Source: a virus
DNA: 64,000 nt
Strand: one strand, 5' to 3'
IMG/VR virus record: IMGVR_UViG_3300032293_001730
Span: 1 to 64,000 of that record
The notes beneath the pieces were generated by a model. The model was not told the origin of the DNA. It did no database searches and was given only the letters and a program-made list of their open reading frames with translations. A program made the position numbers and the translations under genes. Every line of letters starts with the position of its first letter. Position 1 is the stretch's first letter. Below are positions 49,883 through 61,396 of this stretch, one piece after another.

Positions 49883-50764
49883 ATGAGCAGCTACCCCCGA
49901 GCCAAGATCGCCAGCCCCGCCAAGATCGTCGTCGACCCCTGCTTCCGCTGCGGCGGCGGTGGCGTCGTCCCGCCCTGGGGCGAGTGTTTCCGCTGCGGTG
50001 GCAACGGCAAGGACCCGACTTACCGTAGCTGGGCCTATCCGTCCGACTGGACCGACGACCAGTGCAAGGCCCACGAGGCCGCTCGCGACGCCAGGAACGA
50101 GGCGGCCCGGGGCCGGGCCCACGCCAAGAAGCAGGCCGAGGCCACCCGCGTCTGGGAGGCCAACGTGGCGGCCCACCCGATCCTGGTCGAGGCCAAGGCG
50201 GCCCTCCAGGCGTACTCGGACGGCGAGCCCGAGCCCGTCCTCGAAGGCCTGTACGGCGAGGAGACGCACGACTCGATCCGGGCCCGCAACGAGTACGCCC
50301 GGCTCAACTCCCTGCCGCCGTTCGTGTACGACATCGTCTCGAAGGCCAGCCGGTTCCAGGTCAGCGAGAAGCAGGCGGCGGCCGTCGAGAAGGCCCTCGC
50401 CGACCGGGACTCGCGGCACGTCCGGGACGAGGCCCGCAAGGCGTCGTTCAAGGACATCCCCGCCGGCCGGGGCGAGGTCGAGGGCGTGATCGTGAGCGTC
50501 AAGAACACCTCGACTCAGGTGGGCTACCGCACGGTCTCGCAGACCAAGGTGCTCGTCCAGTGCGACGGCTACCGCCTGTACGGCACCGTGCCGTCGGCTG
50601 TCACCGCCATCGCCTACCGCGACGGCTACCCCGCCGATGCAGCCTCCAAGCTCCAGGGCCTCCGCATTCGCTTCACCGCTACGGTCCAGCCGAAGGAGGC
50701 CGGCTTCGGCTTCTTCAGCCGCCCGACCGGCGGCGAGGTGCTCGACGCGGCGGCCACCGCCTGA
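49883..50764 (+). CDS. Zn-finger (CxxCGGxG x2) plus OB-fold-like protein
   Basis: CFRCGGGG..CFRCGGNG; C-terminal VEGVIVSVK..YGTVPS..FTATV..FGFFSRP. Confidence 0.65.
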   Translation: MSSYPRAKIASPAKIVVDPCFRCGGGGVVPPWGECFRCGGNGKDPTYRSWAYPSDWTDDQCKAHEAARDARNEAARGRAHAKKQAEATRVWEANVAAHPILVEAKAALQAYSDGEPEPVLEGLYGEETHDSIRARNEYARLNSLPPFVYDIVSKASRFQVSEKQAAAVEKALADRDSRHVRDEARKASFKDIPAGRGEVEGVIVSVKNTSTQVGYRTVSQTKVLVQCDGYRLYGTVPSAVTAIAYRDGYPADAASKLQGLRIRFTATVQPKEAGFGFFSRPTGGEVLDAAATA

Positions 50765-50800
50765 ATTGTCCGGATACACCAACCCCCAGGAGACTTGCCC

Positions 50801-51286
50801 GTGAACGCCTCCCCAGTCACCACGTTCGCCAAGCTGGCCGAGTCCGCCGGCTGGCGGTTCGAGACAGCCTGGACCGACCGTGAGCCCAACCCTGAGGCCC
50901 TGGAGATCGCCGGCGCCCGCTACGCCACGCTCGTGTCTGCCGACGGGCTCGTGAAGGTGGGGCTCGTCGGCACGCGGCTCTACTACCACGGCGGGCGGGT
51001 CTGGTGGGGCGACCCCTGCTTCGACATCGAGCCCGACCGCGTCACGGTCGCCGGGATCGTCGTCGACCCGGGCCACCGTCGCCAGAGGCTCGGGACGGCG
51101 GCCGTGCGGTCGCTCGTGGACGTGGCCGACCAGGGCGGCTTCCGGCTGCTCCTGGAGGCCCAGCCGATCGGAACGGGCATCAGCCGGCGGAAGCTGGTGC
51201 AGTGGTACAAGGGCCTGGGGTTCGAGCCCGCCTACCCCGGTGAGGGCGAGACGATCTTGTGTCATAGGCCGAAAGCGGCCTGTTGA
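50801..51286 (+). CDS. GNAT acetyltransferase
   Basis: IVVDPGHRRQRLGT acetyl-CoA motif; LVQWYKGLGF. Confidence 0.8.
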   Translation: MNASPVTTFAKLAESAGWRFETAWTDREPNPEALEIAGARYATLVSADGLVKVGLVGTRLYYHGGRVWWGDPCFDIEPDRVTVAGIVVDPGHRRQRLGTAAVRSLVDVADQGGFRLLLEAQPIGTGISRRKLVQWYKGLGFEPAYPGEGETILCHRPKAAC

Positions 51287-51353
51287 CAATGCACCGACCC
51301 CGGTGTATACTTGGGGGACGACGGACGAAACACCACCTATCAGGAGACGAACC

Positions 51354-54300
51354 GTGAGCGACAATGCCACCTATTTCATCAAGCTGAAGAGCCTGTCGAA
51401 TCAGGCGTGCGAGACGCAGACGATCACCAAGGCCAACGAGAGCACGCCCGTGTTCGTCGCTCGGGTTCAGGCCGTCGCCAGGGGCTGGGGGCGGGGCAAC
51501 GGCAGCACCGCCGTTCAGGTCTCCGTCGAGACCTACGGCGGTGAATGCGTCGTCTCGGCTCACGCCTTCGCCATCCCCGCGACGCCGGTCGAGGTCGACG
51601 AGGACGAGCAGCCCGTCACGATCACCATCACGAAGGCTCAGGCCGCGATCGTCCTGGCGGGCCTCTCAAGGCGGTACATCGAGCTTGAGTGCCTCGGAGG
51701 CTGGGAGGCGAATGTCCTCGGCCAGGAGACAAAGGCCACCTACCAGTCGATCGACAAGCAGGTCTACGGCGACGCTTGATTGTCCGGATACGCAGAACCA
51801 TCACCCTCAACCAGGAGACTTACCAGTGAACATCGACAAGCCGATCCGAATCGAAGCGGGCAAGTACGAGTATCGCGGCTTCACGATCGAGCGGGCCACG
51901 AACATTCGCGGCTGCCCCTGGATCGTGAAGGGGCGTGGGCTTGGGTGGCAGCCCTGCTTCAAGACAATCCTCCGTGCATGGCAAGAAATCCGCTACTGGG
52001 AGCACACGTTCGCCAATGGCGGGAGGCTCTCGCCGGCCACGCTCAAGGCCTTCGCCCCCGCGAAGACCATCAAGCTGCCCCCTGCGTTCTACCAGGACCA
52101 CTCGGAGCGAGACTTGCCCACACCCGAAGACATCGGCAATGCCAAGAGTTACGTCCTGGTCCGGGCCGACGACCCCGCCCTGCCTGAGCTTCTCAACGAC
52201 GCCGAGTTCTGCGCCGATCCCTGGGGGCCTGACGCCGAGTGGCTCGGCGGGCTCAAGGCCTCAGCCAGGGCGACGATCAGGGCCATCCGGGACGTCACCG
52301 GCTGGGACGACGCAAGTGATACGGTCAAGCGGCTGCGGAAGCCGCAAAAGGCCTGATTTCAGGCCCCTTGACAATGCACCGACTGCGGTGTATACTTGGG
52401 GCACACGGGAGACATGACCATGAGCAAGCAGTCGATCAAGTGGCACGACATCCGGTGGCTCCAGGGGCCGACGCACTACTACGCGAACATCGGCGGCACC
52501 CTTCACCAGATCAACCGCTCGACGGTCTCGGCCTGGGGGTTCCGGGCATCGGGATACGACCTCGTGGTCGCCGGCCGGACGGTGGGCAGCTTCCGCCGGC
52601 TCGCCGACGCGAAGGAGGCCTGCCGATGACCACCGCAGCCATCAAGCGAGCCCTGGTAGCCATGACGAGCGGCGAGTGCCGCTGGATCGGCCGCGAGGAC
52701 GTCCACGTCTACTGCCGCAGCCCGCTCAACCACGGGAGGACCTACCGCGTCGTCACGGCCGACCGGGACTACGAGGGGCAGCCGTGGATCGAGGCGGAGG
52801 CCGCCCTGGCCGTGATCAAGCAGCTTGTGTCATAGGCCTTGCATAGCACCGACGTCGGTGCTATACTGGGACAGTCGAGAACGAAACACCACTAACCAGG
52901 AGACGAGCCGTGAAAGACCCCCTCAAGAACATCATCAAGTCCGCCGGCTTCGAGGACGTGACCTGCGACGTCCCTGTGTCCTGCTACTCCCTGCCCCTGA
53001 CGTTCCGGGCATTCCACGCCCTGCACGCCCTGGACCACGGGCTCATCGGCACGCCCGACTACCTGGGCATCGCCTACTTCTGGGCGCACGACTACAAGTT
53101 CTATCTCCGCGAGGCGACGCAAAAGCAGCGGAAGATCGTCCACGATCTGTTCCTCAAGGCGGGGCTCGCCCTCGACGGGGTCAGTCCAGAGCACGCCGCG
53201 ATCGTCGAGAAGCACCTCGGCAAGCGGCTCAAGAAGGTCTACGGCTGATACCATCCACCCCTAACCAGGAGACCACCCGTGAACAACAAGCTGCTACAAG
53301 ACGAGCTTCGCACCTGCATCCGCCTTCTCCGCTGCTACGCGCGAGCCGAGCGAGATCGCGGAGACGCCCATCAGGCTGCCGGCATCGGCAGGCATATCGA
53401 CCGGATATGCGCCGTGTCGCTTCACGCCGGGGGGGTGAAGGAGATCGAGCCGGGCGTGTTCTCGACTGGTGGGCTCTTTGCCCGCCGCTACCTCGACCTG
53501 ACGGACGGCACGAAGCAGCACTTGCGGGAACTGCTCGCGTCATAGGCCGCGCCCGAAAACGTCAAGCGATCCACCACCACCAACCAGGAGACTTGCCCAT
53601 GAACACCCAAAAGACCATCACATTCGGCAAACGGCACAGCGTCGCGGTGACGTTCTACAAGGGATCGGACGGCCTCTGGCACGCCCACGGTGGGCTCCTG
53701 GTCGTCCCAAGAAAGAGCCTCAAGGCAGCCCGCGCGGCGGTCGCCAGTCGCCTCCAGAGCCTCAGCCGCCTCGGCCCGGGCTCGAAGGTGAAGCTCTGGG
53801 GCTCGACCTGGAGGGTCGTCGAGTGGCAGCCCGAGAACGGCAAGGGCGGGGCCTACTGGCTCCGGAACTCTAAGGGCGAGGACGCCGTGGCCGGGCCCGA
53901 CGAAGTGGAGCGTGTGTCATAGGCCTTGCCAATGCACCGATCCCGGTGTATACTGCACCCAGACGACGACGAAACACAACTAACCAGGAGACATCGAATG
54001 ATCATCTACAGCGTCGACAAGCCGGGCACCCCGAAGGTTTCCAAGGGAGACCTGGAGTACACGAGTCAAAAGCACGTCGCGTTCCAGGGCCTCTGCCGCG
54101 TCGAGGCGGCCGCCGACGAGTTCTTCGGCGGCAGTCGCTCGAAGCCCTACGTCGGCCGCGTCCTGGAAAGCCCCACCTGGGGGAAGCTCCTGGCCGAGGC
54201 CAGGAAGGTCCAGCGGGCCACCCGGGACGAGCACCACGTCTTCCTGGAGGGCGCCCGCGTCCGGTACGTCGACGGCGGCGTCCAGGTGATCGAGCTTTTC

Positions 54301-56232
54301 TTTGGTTCCTGAGGCCTTGCAATGCACCGGCATCGGTGCTATACTTGGGACACGACGAACGAAACACCATTCACGAGGAGACGACCAGTGAGCACCACCA
54401 ACTACATCCCGAAGCCCGAGTCCGTCGAGCTTCACCTCGGCAGCGACCCCCATTTCACGAAGAAGTACGGCAAGGCCGTCAAGGCCCTGGGCGGACGGTA
54501 CAGTGAATGCCGTGGCGACGCCCACCGTCGGTTCGTCACGCTGCCCTGGAACGATGAAGGCCGGTCGCTGGCAAACAAGCTGGTCGCCGAGTTCGGCACC
54601 GGCAGCCTCCTGTGCGGCAAGACGACGCTGATCGTGCGGGGCAGTGAGACGTTCCGGGGGAAGCACGTTCACGCCTGGGTTGTCGTCCACAAGGTCGCTC
54701 GCGGCTCCGTCGACCCGTGCGGGGTGCTGCTCGGCCTGTACGAGGCCGCTTTCCTCCTGGCCTTCCCTGAGGCCGCGTTCCCCGAGCCGCCCGTCGTCAA
54801 GGCCCCGAAGCCGCTCGCCGCCGACCTGTACCTCAACACGCCGGTGAAGTTCCACGCCGTCCTCGAAGCCCTGCAACAGTACATCGACAACGGCAACGAC
54901 GCAGACCACCTCGCCGACGACGAGGAACTTCAGGCCAAGCTGGAGGCCGCAGAGGCTTTCCGCGACCAGCTTGACGGAGTCCTGGCGTCCCTCGCCAATG
55001 CCTGATTGTCCGGATACGCTTACCCCCCACCACCCAGCCGGGAGACGAACCGTGAGAGAGAACATCCTCAAGCTCACCGACAAGGAAATCGAGTTCATCA
55101 AGAACAGCCTCCGCCGCTCCTCGCAGCGAGGCGAAGACGAGGAGCGTGTCGCCGAGCAGGCCGGCAACGCCGAAGCTGCGGCCTTCTATCGCCAACTGGC
55201 TAAAGACGCGACGAGCCTGCTTCTCGTCATCGAGGTGCAGGTCGCCAAGCCTGACGAAGACAGCGACGAGTGCCCGGAGTGCGGCGAGGACTACGGATAC
55301 TGCCAGTGCGAAGACGAGGAGAACTGACCTTCCACCTAACCCAGCAAGCCCGCGACATCCTGAAGTACGCCCAGGCATCCACCCACGTCCAGAGACAATC
55401 GAAACTCGAAGCGAAGGAGGCGGTTAAGTGAACAAGCTCAAATTCGTTAAGCCGCTCAAGAGCGACCAAAGACACTACGTCCACGGCGAGAGAATCGAGC
55501 GGTGGGGCTGGTATCGAGACAGCGAGTACCGTCAGGTCTTCGCGTATGTCATCACAGAAAGCTGCAAGGCCTATCGCTGGCCGGGCGGCAAACTGGTGGC
55601 AGAGCATCGCGAGAAGCCGATGGCCGTGGATCACTACGCATACTCTCGGCAAGCGAGGTGGCCGACGGCCCCGTGGCTCCAGCGTTCGTACACGAAACTT
55701 GCGTCGCTGTGCCGCAAGGATTTTGAGACTCGATCGAAAACCCAGGAGACCGTCCAGTGAGCATCCCCCTGAACCTCACCGCAAGCCAGCAGTCGCTCCT
55801 CGCGGAGCTTTGCTGCGTCATCGCGGACCTCGCCCGCACCAACGACGACTGGACGGCCGTGCCGCCCGTCGAGGCTGTGCGGACCTGCAACAAGCTGCTC
55901 GAAGTCGTCGAGACGTTCGACGCGAGCAGCCAGACCTTCGGCGTCCTCTACGACAAACTCCACCGCACGGGAGCCAATGCATGACCACCTACACCACCAC
56001 CCGCTCCCGTTTCTCAGACCCCAGTCAGATCACGCCCGGCAGCATCGTGAGACTCGGCGGGGGGCTGTGCAAAGTGATCACGCCTCGCATCCTGGAGTGC
56101 TGCCACACGGGGCGATGGTTCGTCGACGCGCGAGCGTTTCGAGGAGGCGAGCACGCCGAGCCGGTGAGGGTCGAGTACGTCGGCTCTCAGTCAGACCCGG
56201 CCGTCAAGGCCATGATCGAGGAGAGCAAGTGA
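51354..56232 (+). CDS. Cassette genes 51354-51779, 51826-52356, ~52420-52629, 52626-52835, 52910-53248, 53279-53545, 53599-53922, 53998-54312, 54388-55005, 55052-55327, 55428-55760, 55757-55984, 55981-56232 (hypothetical)
   Basis: Most have a (CC)AGGAGAC-type RBS, often with a GTG start, downstream of repeat promoters. Confidence 0.65.
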
Positions 56233-56402
56233 GCCGAATCATTCTCACCGCCGAAGCAGCGAAGATTCTCGGAGTCTCGACGTCGACCGTCCGCAGACTC
56301 GCGAAGAGAGGCGACATCAAGTCTTGGAGACTTGGAGTCGGGTCCTATGGGTTCAAACTCGAAGACGTCCTGGCACGCAAGGAGAAGACATGCAAAGACT
56401 GA
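56229..56402 (+). CDS. HTH_17 (excisionase-like) protein
   Basis: LTAEAAKILGVSTSTVRRLAKRGDI. Confidence 0.75.
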   Translation: MSRIILTAEAAKILGVSTSTVRRLAKRGDIKSWRLGVGSYGFKLEDVLARKEKTCKD

Positions 56403-56586
56403 TCAACGCCCTCGTGCTCGTGCGGCTCGGGCAGGAACTCGGCGCCGACACGCCCCTCGCCCGAGCCATCGCCCAACTCGTCGAAGAGGCCCTAAAACTG
56501 GGCGTGTCATAGCCCCCTTGCAATTCACCGACGTCGGTGTATAATGGGGGAGTAGAGCAACGATACCACCAACCAGGAGCAAACCC

Positions 56587-58455
56587 ATGTCCGCTTTCGT
56601 GTGCAGCAAAAACCATATCGCAGCCGTCGCCGCTTTCGGCTCGTCGAAGCACGCGTTCCTCGGTGGCGGCTACGCCAGCTTCGACAGCATCTACAAGACG
56701 CTTGCCGATGCCAACGTCCGCAGCGTGTGCCACCGCTACGGCGAGTCCGCCGATGAGTACGACAGCCTCCTGCCCCCGCCCGACAGCCGCCGGGCGCCGA
56801 AGTGCTCCGCCATCGAGATCGTCAAGTTGTGCGACTGCCTCGACTACCAGTCCAGCGAGACCGACGACTGGCGTGAGTCGGAAGCCTGCAAGCTGCTCGG
56901 CCGCATTCGCAACGCGGCGATCAACGCACTGCCCGGCTACGACGAGGCAAAGTGGGCTATCGGCTGATTGTCTGGACACACACACCACCCTCAACCATCA
57001 GGAGACCTACCCGTGAAGTTCACAGCCCAATTCGACAAGTACGTCTGCCCAGGCGACACGATCCGCCGCAACGTGACCGACACCGTGTCGCTCGTGGCCC
57101 GGCTGGAGTTCGACCAGGACACACGCCCTGAGGACTCCGACTGCTACGACGAGAAGGACATCGCCCGCTGGAAGGCGGACGAGTGGTTCTACGGCGGCGT
57201 GGTGCTCTCGATCGAGGTCAACGGCGAGAAGGTCCGCGATCACGTCGCCAGCCTCTGGGGCATCGACTGCAACTTCGGCCAGGACAATAGCTACCTCGCC
57301 GAGGTCGCCAACGACCTGCTCGCAGAGTCGAAGGACGAGATTCGAGACTTCCTGGAGACGCTCGCGGCTCAGGCCTCGAACGCCGCCGTGCTCGTGGCTT
57401 GACGACAAAGTACGGATTCGATTACCCTCCCCCACCCCCGACGAAAGGAACCCAGCCGATGGCCCACGAAACACTTGAATTCGCCGAGTTCGCCCGCCGC
57501 TACTGCGAGCGACACGTCAACACGCCCGATGGGCTCGCAGAGATATTCCAGCAACAGGTCGAGCTTTTCCAGCCCGACGGCTGGCTGCTCCTGGAATGCC
57601 AGGACTTCTCGTCGAGCCGCCTCGGGCACTACGTCATCCTGCCCTACGGCGGACAGGCGACGCTCAAGACGATCCCAGACCGGCCGGTGAGCCCCCGGGG
57701 ACTCGCGAGCGACATGAGCGTCGTCGTCGCGGTACTGCCGGCGGACAAGCTGCCTTCGCAAGGAGGTGACAAGTGAACGCAATCAGAATCATTCACCCGC
57801 GATGGGAGGACGGCGCCCTCGTGTTCGACGACCCGGCCGTGGGGCTCGTTCGCGAGCCCTTCGTCGCGGGGGCTGACGTGGCGATCGGGCTCCTGGCGAA
57901 GAAAGTCAAAGGATGCAGCCGCGAGTTCTCGCTGCTCTTCTCCGACTCGCCGTTCCCGGGGCATCAGGCGTCGATGAAGTGGCAGAGCGAGGAGTACGGC
58001 GGCAACTGGTATTACTGCAAGCAACTTGGCATGAGCGGCTGGCTGTGTCCGGCGTTGCTCAAGTATTTCGATTCCGCACCGAAGAATCTGTACCTCCAGG
58101 TCAAGCGAAAGGAGTCTTGATGATCACGATCGAGAGACATGATGAGTATCGAGTCTCGGAGCGTGTGGTGCTTCGCCCAGGCGACGTGTTCCGCGCGACC
58201 GATGGCCCGTACTGGCGGTCAGGCAAGGACGAGATCAGCTTGAAAGCCCCAGGCCCGTATCGCTTCGTGTCGTTTGCGAAGCGAGGCGCCGTCGGCTGGA
58301 TCGAAGCGTTCGACAAGTTTGGCAACTTCACGGTGCTTCACATCGAGGGCCGTCGCAAGAAGATCGACACCGCGATCGTGGCTCGTCCGTACCGTGTCAT
58401 CGGAAAAAAGCGGCCTCAATTGCAACGGCTTGACAATAGGAAGAAGGGTCGCTAG
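56587..58455 (+). CDS. Cassette genes 56587-56967, 57013-57402, 57459-57776, 57773-58120 (DUF6717-like), 58120-58455
   Basis: RBS or translational coupling; VFDD..GLVREPFVAGAD..GWLCPALLKYF in the 57773 ORF. Confidence 0.65.
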
Positions 58456-58458
58456 AAT
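58430..58458 (+). promoter_or_regulatory. Sigma70-type promoter for the replication/recombination module
   Basis: TTGACA-N17-TAGAAT, with no operator palindrome. Confidence 0.7.
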
Positions 58459-58513
58459 CTTTGGCAGTCAGTCAATAGTCCGGAAACGATAACCCATCAG
58501 GAGAAAGAAACCC

Positions 58514-59263
58514 ATGAGCGAAAACAACAGCAAGCTGTGCCTGCACGCCGGAGCGGAACTCGTCGACCGTGAGGCGGTCGACGCGGTGCTCACGCCGCAG
58601 GCGACTGAGACCTGGACGCCGGTGGCCCACGGGCTCCTGGTCGACAGCGTCGAGAACTCCCTCGCCGGGAGCGGGCTCGCCGTCGTCGATCGGGCGTTCG
58701 CCCTCACCAAGGGCGGCGACCGACTGTTCGGGCTTCTCACGCTCGGCGGCGAGGATGGTGGTGGAGACTACGCGTTCACGATCGGCATCCGGAACAGCCA
58801 CGACAAGAAGTTCCCCGTCGGGCTGGCGGCCGGTAGCCGTGTTTTCGTCTGCGACAACCTCGCGTTTTCGAGCGAGGTGGTCATCAAGTCGAAGCACACG
58901 CGTTTCATCCACGATCGTCTGCCGCGTCTCGTGGCCGACGGCGTGGCGGGGCTCGTGCAGCACCGACATGTCCAGGCCCGTCGGATCGAGTGCTACAAGG
59001 AGTTGGAGGTCCGCAGTCAGGCTCACCTGCATGACGTGGTGCTCAAGGCTTACCGCGCCCAGGCGATCCCGGCTCAGGCCATCGCCAAGGTGATCGAGGA
59101 GTTCGAGGCCCCCCGCCATCCGGAGTTCAACGACTGGACTGGCTGGAGCCTTTTCAACGCGTTCACCGAGACCCTGAAGGGGTTCGGCGAATTGCAGCGG
59201 CGGACGCAACGCCTGCATGGCGTGTTCGACGCGGAGGTCGGCCCGAAGCTCCTGGCGGTGTAG
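58514..59263 (+). CDS. DUF932-like protein
   Basis: TW.PVAH..GIRNSHDK..VFVCDNLAF..KHT..WSLFNAFTE. Confidence 0.8.
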   Translation: MSENNSKLCLHAGAELVDREAVDAVLTPQATETWTPVAHGLLVDSVENSLAGSGLAVVDRAFALTKGGDRLFGLLTLGGEDGGGDYAFTIGIRNSHDKKFPVGLAAGSRVFVCDNLAFSSEVVIKSKHTRFIHDRLPRLVADGVAGLVQHRHVQARRIECYKELEVRSQAHLHDVVLKAYRAQAIPAQAIAKVIEEFEAPRHPEFNDWTGWSLFNAFTETLKGFGELQRRTQRLHGVFDAEVGPKLLAV

Positions 59264-59343
59264 TCTCAATGTCTGGATACGAGGCGGGGCGAATCGTCGC
59301 CCCGCCTCGGCCAGAATTCCTCAAATCACGAAGGGACACGACA

Positions 59344-59984
59344 GTGAAGAAGAAAAAGAAAAAAAGCGAGTTCGCGTGGCCGTTCTCGAAGTGGCGGCAG
59401 GACTGGATCGCCGAGGGCGACCGGCTCATCGCCGAGGCCGAAGACTTGATCGGCGGCAGCCCAGGCGAGGCGAAGCCGATCAACGTCCGGCAGTGCGTGT
59501 ACCTGCTCCGCGCCGCAAAGCTGTACGCACGATCGGCACGGTACTACCGCCAAGCCGGCCTGGGGCTCATGGCCCAGGCCTCGTGGCAGGACGCGGCAGA
59601 CTGCTACCTGTCGCTCGGAAAAGAAGACGCCGTCGCCTTGTGTGAGGCGAAGGCGAAGGCGATCCCCACCTATTACGACGAGGAGGAAGTTTAATGTCTT
59701 TCGTTGCAAGCGTGTTTTTCAACAACGAGCGAGAGTTTGGAGTTGCGGTGAGCAAGGTCGAGGTCCTTGGAAAAACCGATCGAAACGTCGCCTTGTCGTT
59801 CGAGACCGGGCACATCTCCGTTCGTGGGTTGGACGAGGTCTGCGAGACGGCCGATGAGGCCTGCGACAAGGCGATCAAAGAGATCGAGTCGAGAAAGGCC
59901 AAGCTGATCGAATCGTATGATTCCCTCCTGGAGGACGTGGAAAAGAAGCGGCAGGCACTTGCCTCCGCTGTCGTCGTCGGTTAA
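59344..59984 (+). CDS. Two hypothetical genes (59344-59694, 59694-59984)
   Basis: Translationally coupled ORFs with phage-like codon usage. Confidence 0.55.
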
Positions 59985-60031
59985 TCTCCCTTCCCACAAC
60001 ACAAAGTACGGATACAGGTAGGCACAGAGAC

Positions 60032-61396
60032 ATGGACGTCCCCCCGTGGGGGCACCAACAGTCCGGATCGGACTGGCTGGTGTCTCGACAATTTGGCTAT
60101 TTGGGCCACGAGGTCGGCTGCGGCAAGAGCCGCACGCTCCTCATGGCCGTCCGAGACAGGCGACTCGTCCTGCTCGTGTGCCCGATCGCCGTCGGCCCTG
60201 CCTGGATCAAGCAGGTCAAGCTGTTCGCCGGCGACCGCAACGTCGTCGTCGTCGTCGAGGGCTCGGCGACGAAGCGGGCGAAGGCCATCCGCGACTCGCT
60301 TGCCACGGATGGCAAGCTGCTCGTCGTCGTCAACTACGACTCTGCCTACCGAGGCGAGGTCGGGAAGGCTCTGCAATCGACTCAGTGGGACGCCATCGTC
60401 TGCGACGAGTCTCACAGGATCAAGTCGCACACAGGCAAGGCGTCGAAGTTCCTGGCGAAACTCGCCAGGGCCAATCCGCAGTCTCTGCGGGTCTGCATGT
60501 CCGGAACGCCGACGCCCAACAATCCGCTCGACTGGTTCGCGCAGTTTCGGTTCCTCGACCCGTCGGTGCTCGGCGAGAACTACCACTCGTTCAAGAATCG
60601 CATTGCGATCACGCACCCCCGCTATCCGGGATGGATCACGGGCTTTAGAGACGAGGCTCTGGCCTCACTCAGGACGCGGATCGACGAGCACATTCACCGG
60701 GTTAAAGCCGACGACGTGCTCACTCTGCCGGACGCGATTCACACCACGATCCCTGTCACGATCAACGCGACCGTCAGGAAGTTCTACAGCGACATGGAGG
60801 CCGATCAGATCGCCCGCCTTGAACGCGGCGAGGCGGTGACGGCCGCGAATGCGATGGTGGTCGTCGGCCGGCTCCAGGCCGCTGCCAGCGGTTTCGCCCG
60901 CGCTGATGGATCGGACGTGTTCGAGCGAATCGCCGGCGAGCCGGACAAGCGGCTTGCCCTTCGAGAGTTCCTCGCGGATTTCCCGCAGCGGGAGCCGCTC
61001 GTCGTGTTCGTGAAATTCATCGAGGACCTGCGGGAGGTCGCCGAGGAATGCAAGGCCGGCGGACGCACAGTGTCGCTGCTCTGCGGGGCGACGAAGCAAC
61101 TCATTGACTGGCAGGAAGGCCTGACGGACGTGATCGTCGTCCAGCAACAGGCCGGCGGCGCCGGTGTGGACCTCACGCGGGCGAGCTACTGCGTGTACTA
61201 CTCGCTGTCGCACAGCCTGGGTGACTTCGAGCAATCGCTCGGCCGGCTGCGTCGCCCAGGCCAGAAGAACTGCGTCCGCTACTACCACCTCGTCGCCGAG
61301 GGGACGGTCGACGAGGACATCTACGCAGCGTTGCAAGACAAGTCGGACATCGTGGAGTCGATTCTTTCAAACCTGACGAGGAGGGTGGCAGCATGA
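60032..61396 (+). CDS. SNF2-like superfamily 2 helicase
   Basis: HEVGCGKS, VCDESH, SGTP, GVDLT, QSLGRLRRPGQ. Confidence 0.9.
   Translation: MDVPPWGHQQSGSDWLVSRQFGYLGHEVGCGKSRTLLMAVRDRRLVLLVCPIAVGPAWIKQVKLFAGDRNVVVVVEGSATKRAKAIRDSLATDGKLLVVVNYDSAYRGEVGKALQSTQWDAIVCDESHRIKSHTGKASKFLAKLARANPQSLRVCMSGTPTPNNPLDWFAQFRFLDPSVLGENYHSFKNRIAITHPRYPGWITGFRDEALASLRTRIDEHIHRVKADDVLTLPDAIHTTIPVTINATVRKFYSDMEADQIARLERGEAVTAANAMVVVGRLQAAASGFARADGSDVFERIAGEPDKRLALREFLADFPQREPLVVFVKFIEDLREVAEECKAGGRTVSLLCGATKQLIDWQEGLTDVIVVQQQAGGAGVDLTRASYCVYYSLSHSLGDFEQSLGRLRRPGQKNCVRYYHLVAEGTVDEDIYAALQDKSDIVESILSNLTRRVAA

Larger units (their letters stand above)
43123..56545 (+). promoter_or_regulatory. Twelve related sigma70-type promoters, ten with a CACCG-N4-CGGTG palindrome in the spacer
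   Basis: -35 hexamers (TTGCAA/TTGACA/TTGCCA/TTGCAT) start at 43123, 44317, 46762, 47779, 49028, 49817, 51283, 52368, 52839, 53926, 54317, 56518. Each lies 17 nt (16 for the last) before TATACT/TATGAT/TATAAT. The first two have only a partial site. Confidence 0.9.

Noticed and set aside
49313-51370. 685-aa minus-strand ORF and other long antisense ORFs (540-1862, 53980-55167, 62321-63529)
   Set aside because: Shadows of GC-rich + strand genes; low-complexity Arg/Gly/Pro translations without motifs.
46762-56545. CRISPR array
   Set aside because: The repeats are separated by whole genes and match -35/-10 promoter architecture.
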